This document shows positions 34,062 through 34,408 of a DNA stretch of 34,408 nucleotides, in pieces. Under the pieces are notes generated by a model. It saw only the letters and a list, made by a program, of their open reading frames with translations. It had not been told where the DNA came from and ran no database searches. Position numbers and translations under genes: made by a program. Within the stretch, counting starts at the first letter, position 1, and every line of letters begins with the position of its first letter. Source of the stretch: Octopus bimaculoides (lineage: Eukaryota); the NCBI RefSeq assembly GCF_001194135.2, contig NC_068981.1, positions 145,926,361 to 145,960,768 on the forward strand, given 5' to 3'.

Positions 34062-34408
34062 AAGATGGTGAGATATCAGGATGTCATTGATGAAAAAATG
34101 TCATTTCAGTGATCTTGCCTTCAATGATAGTTAAAACACAATTGAGGAACTATTACTGATAGATGTTGTTAGTTCTACATTATTCAGTGAGATCCTTTTT
34201 ATTGTTTTGATATGGTAGTGTGATTTGGCTGCTATTTCAAGCAAGTTAGTGACAGCTATAGGCCCCCTTTGTTGGGAGGTTTTTTGCTGTGGTGATGAAA
34301 TGAAGAAGTCTTTCAGTTTATGATATAATCAGTACTAGTAGTTGGAGGAGGGGGAGAACTTTCAAGGGTAGTTGCTCAGAGTAAAAACAGCTGGACGGAT
34401 TTAGGATA

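Overview
AT-rich, microsatellite-rich eukaryotic genomic DNA with four N-gaps. The SINE/LINE complement looks like that of an octopus or other coleoid cephalopod (inference from recalled repeat families, no database search). No prokaryotic features, CRISPR array, rRNA or true tRNA gene were seen. Nearly all ORFs in the supplied track are artefacts of microsatellites, gaps or repeats. Most recognisable content is decayed transposons: several tRNA-derived SINE families, RTE and CR1/L2-like LINE pieces, a CRE-clade restriction-like-endonuclease retrotransposon fragment, a Chapaev3-like 5' end, a full-length dead mariner, maT/DD37D-like Tc1/mariner relics, and mariner-, hAT-, Tigger- and Kolobok-like MITEs. 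Between the repeats are hand-predicted, very short + strand exons suggesting two unidentified host genes (one ending near 12.5-12.7 kb, one starting near 13.2 kb), separated by a CpG-retaining promoter-like island at about 12.7-15.6 kb. The best leads are a tandemly duplicated 31-nt exon/acceptor, a 125-bp fold-back TTAA MITE, a SINE nested in a SINE with an intact TSD, and modular head/tail swapping among SINEs. I found no convincing wholly new biological system.
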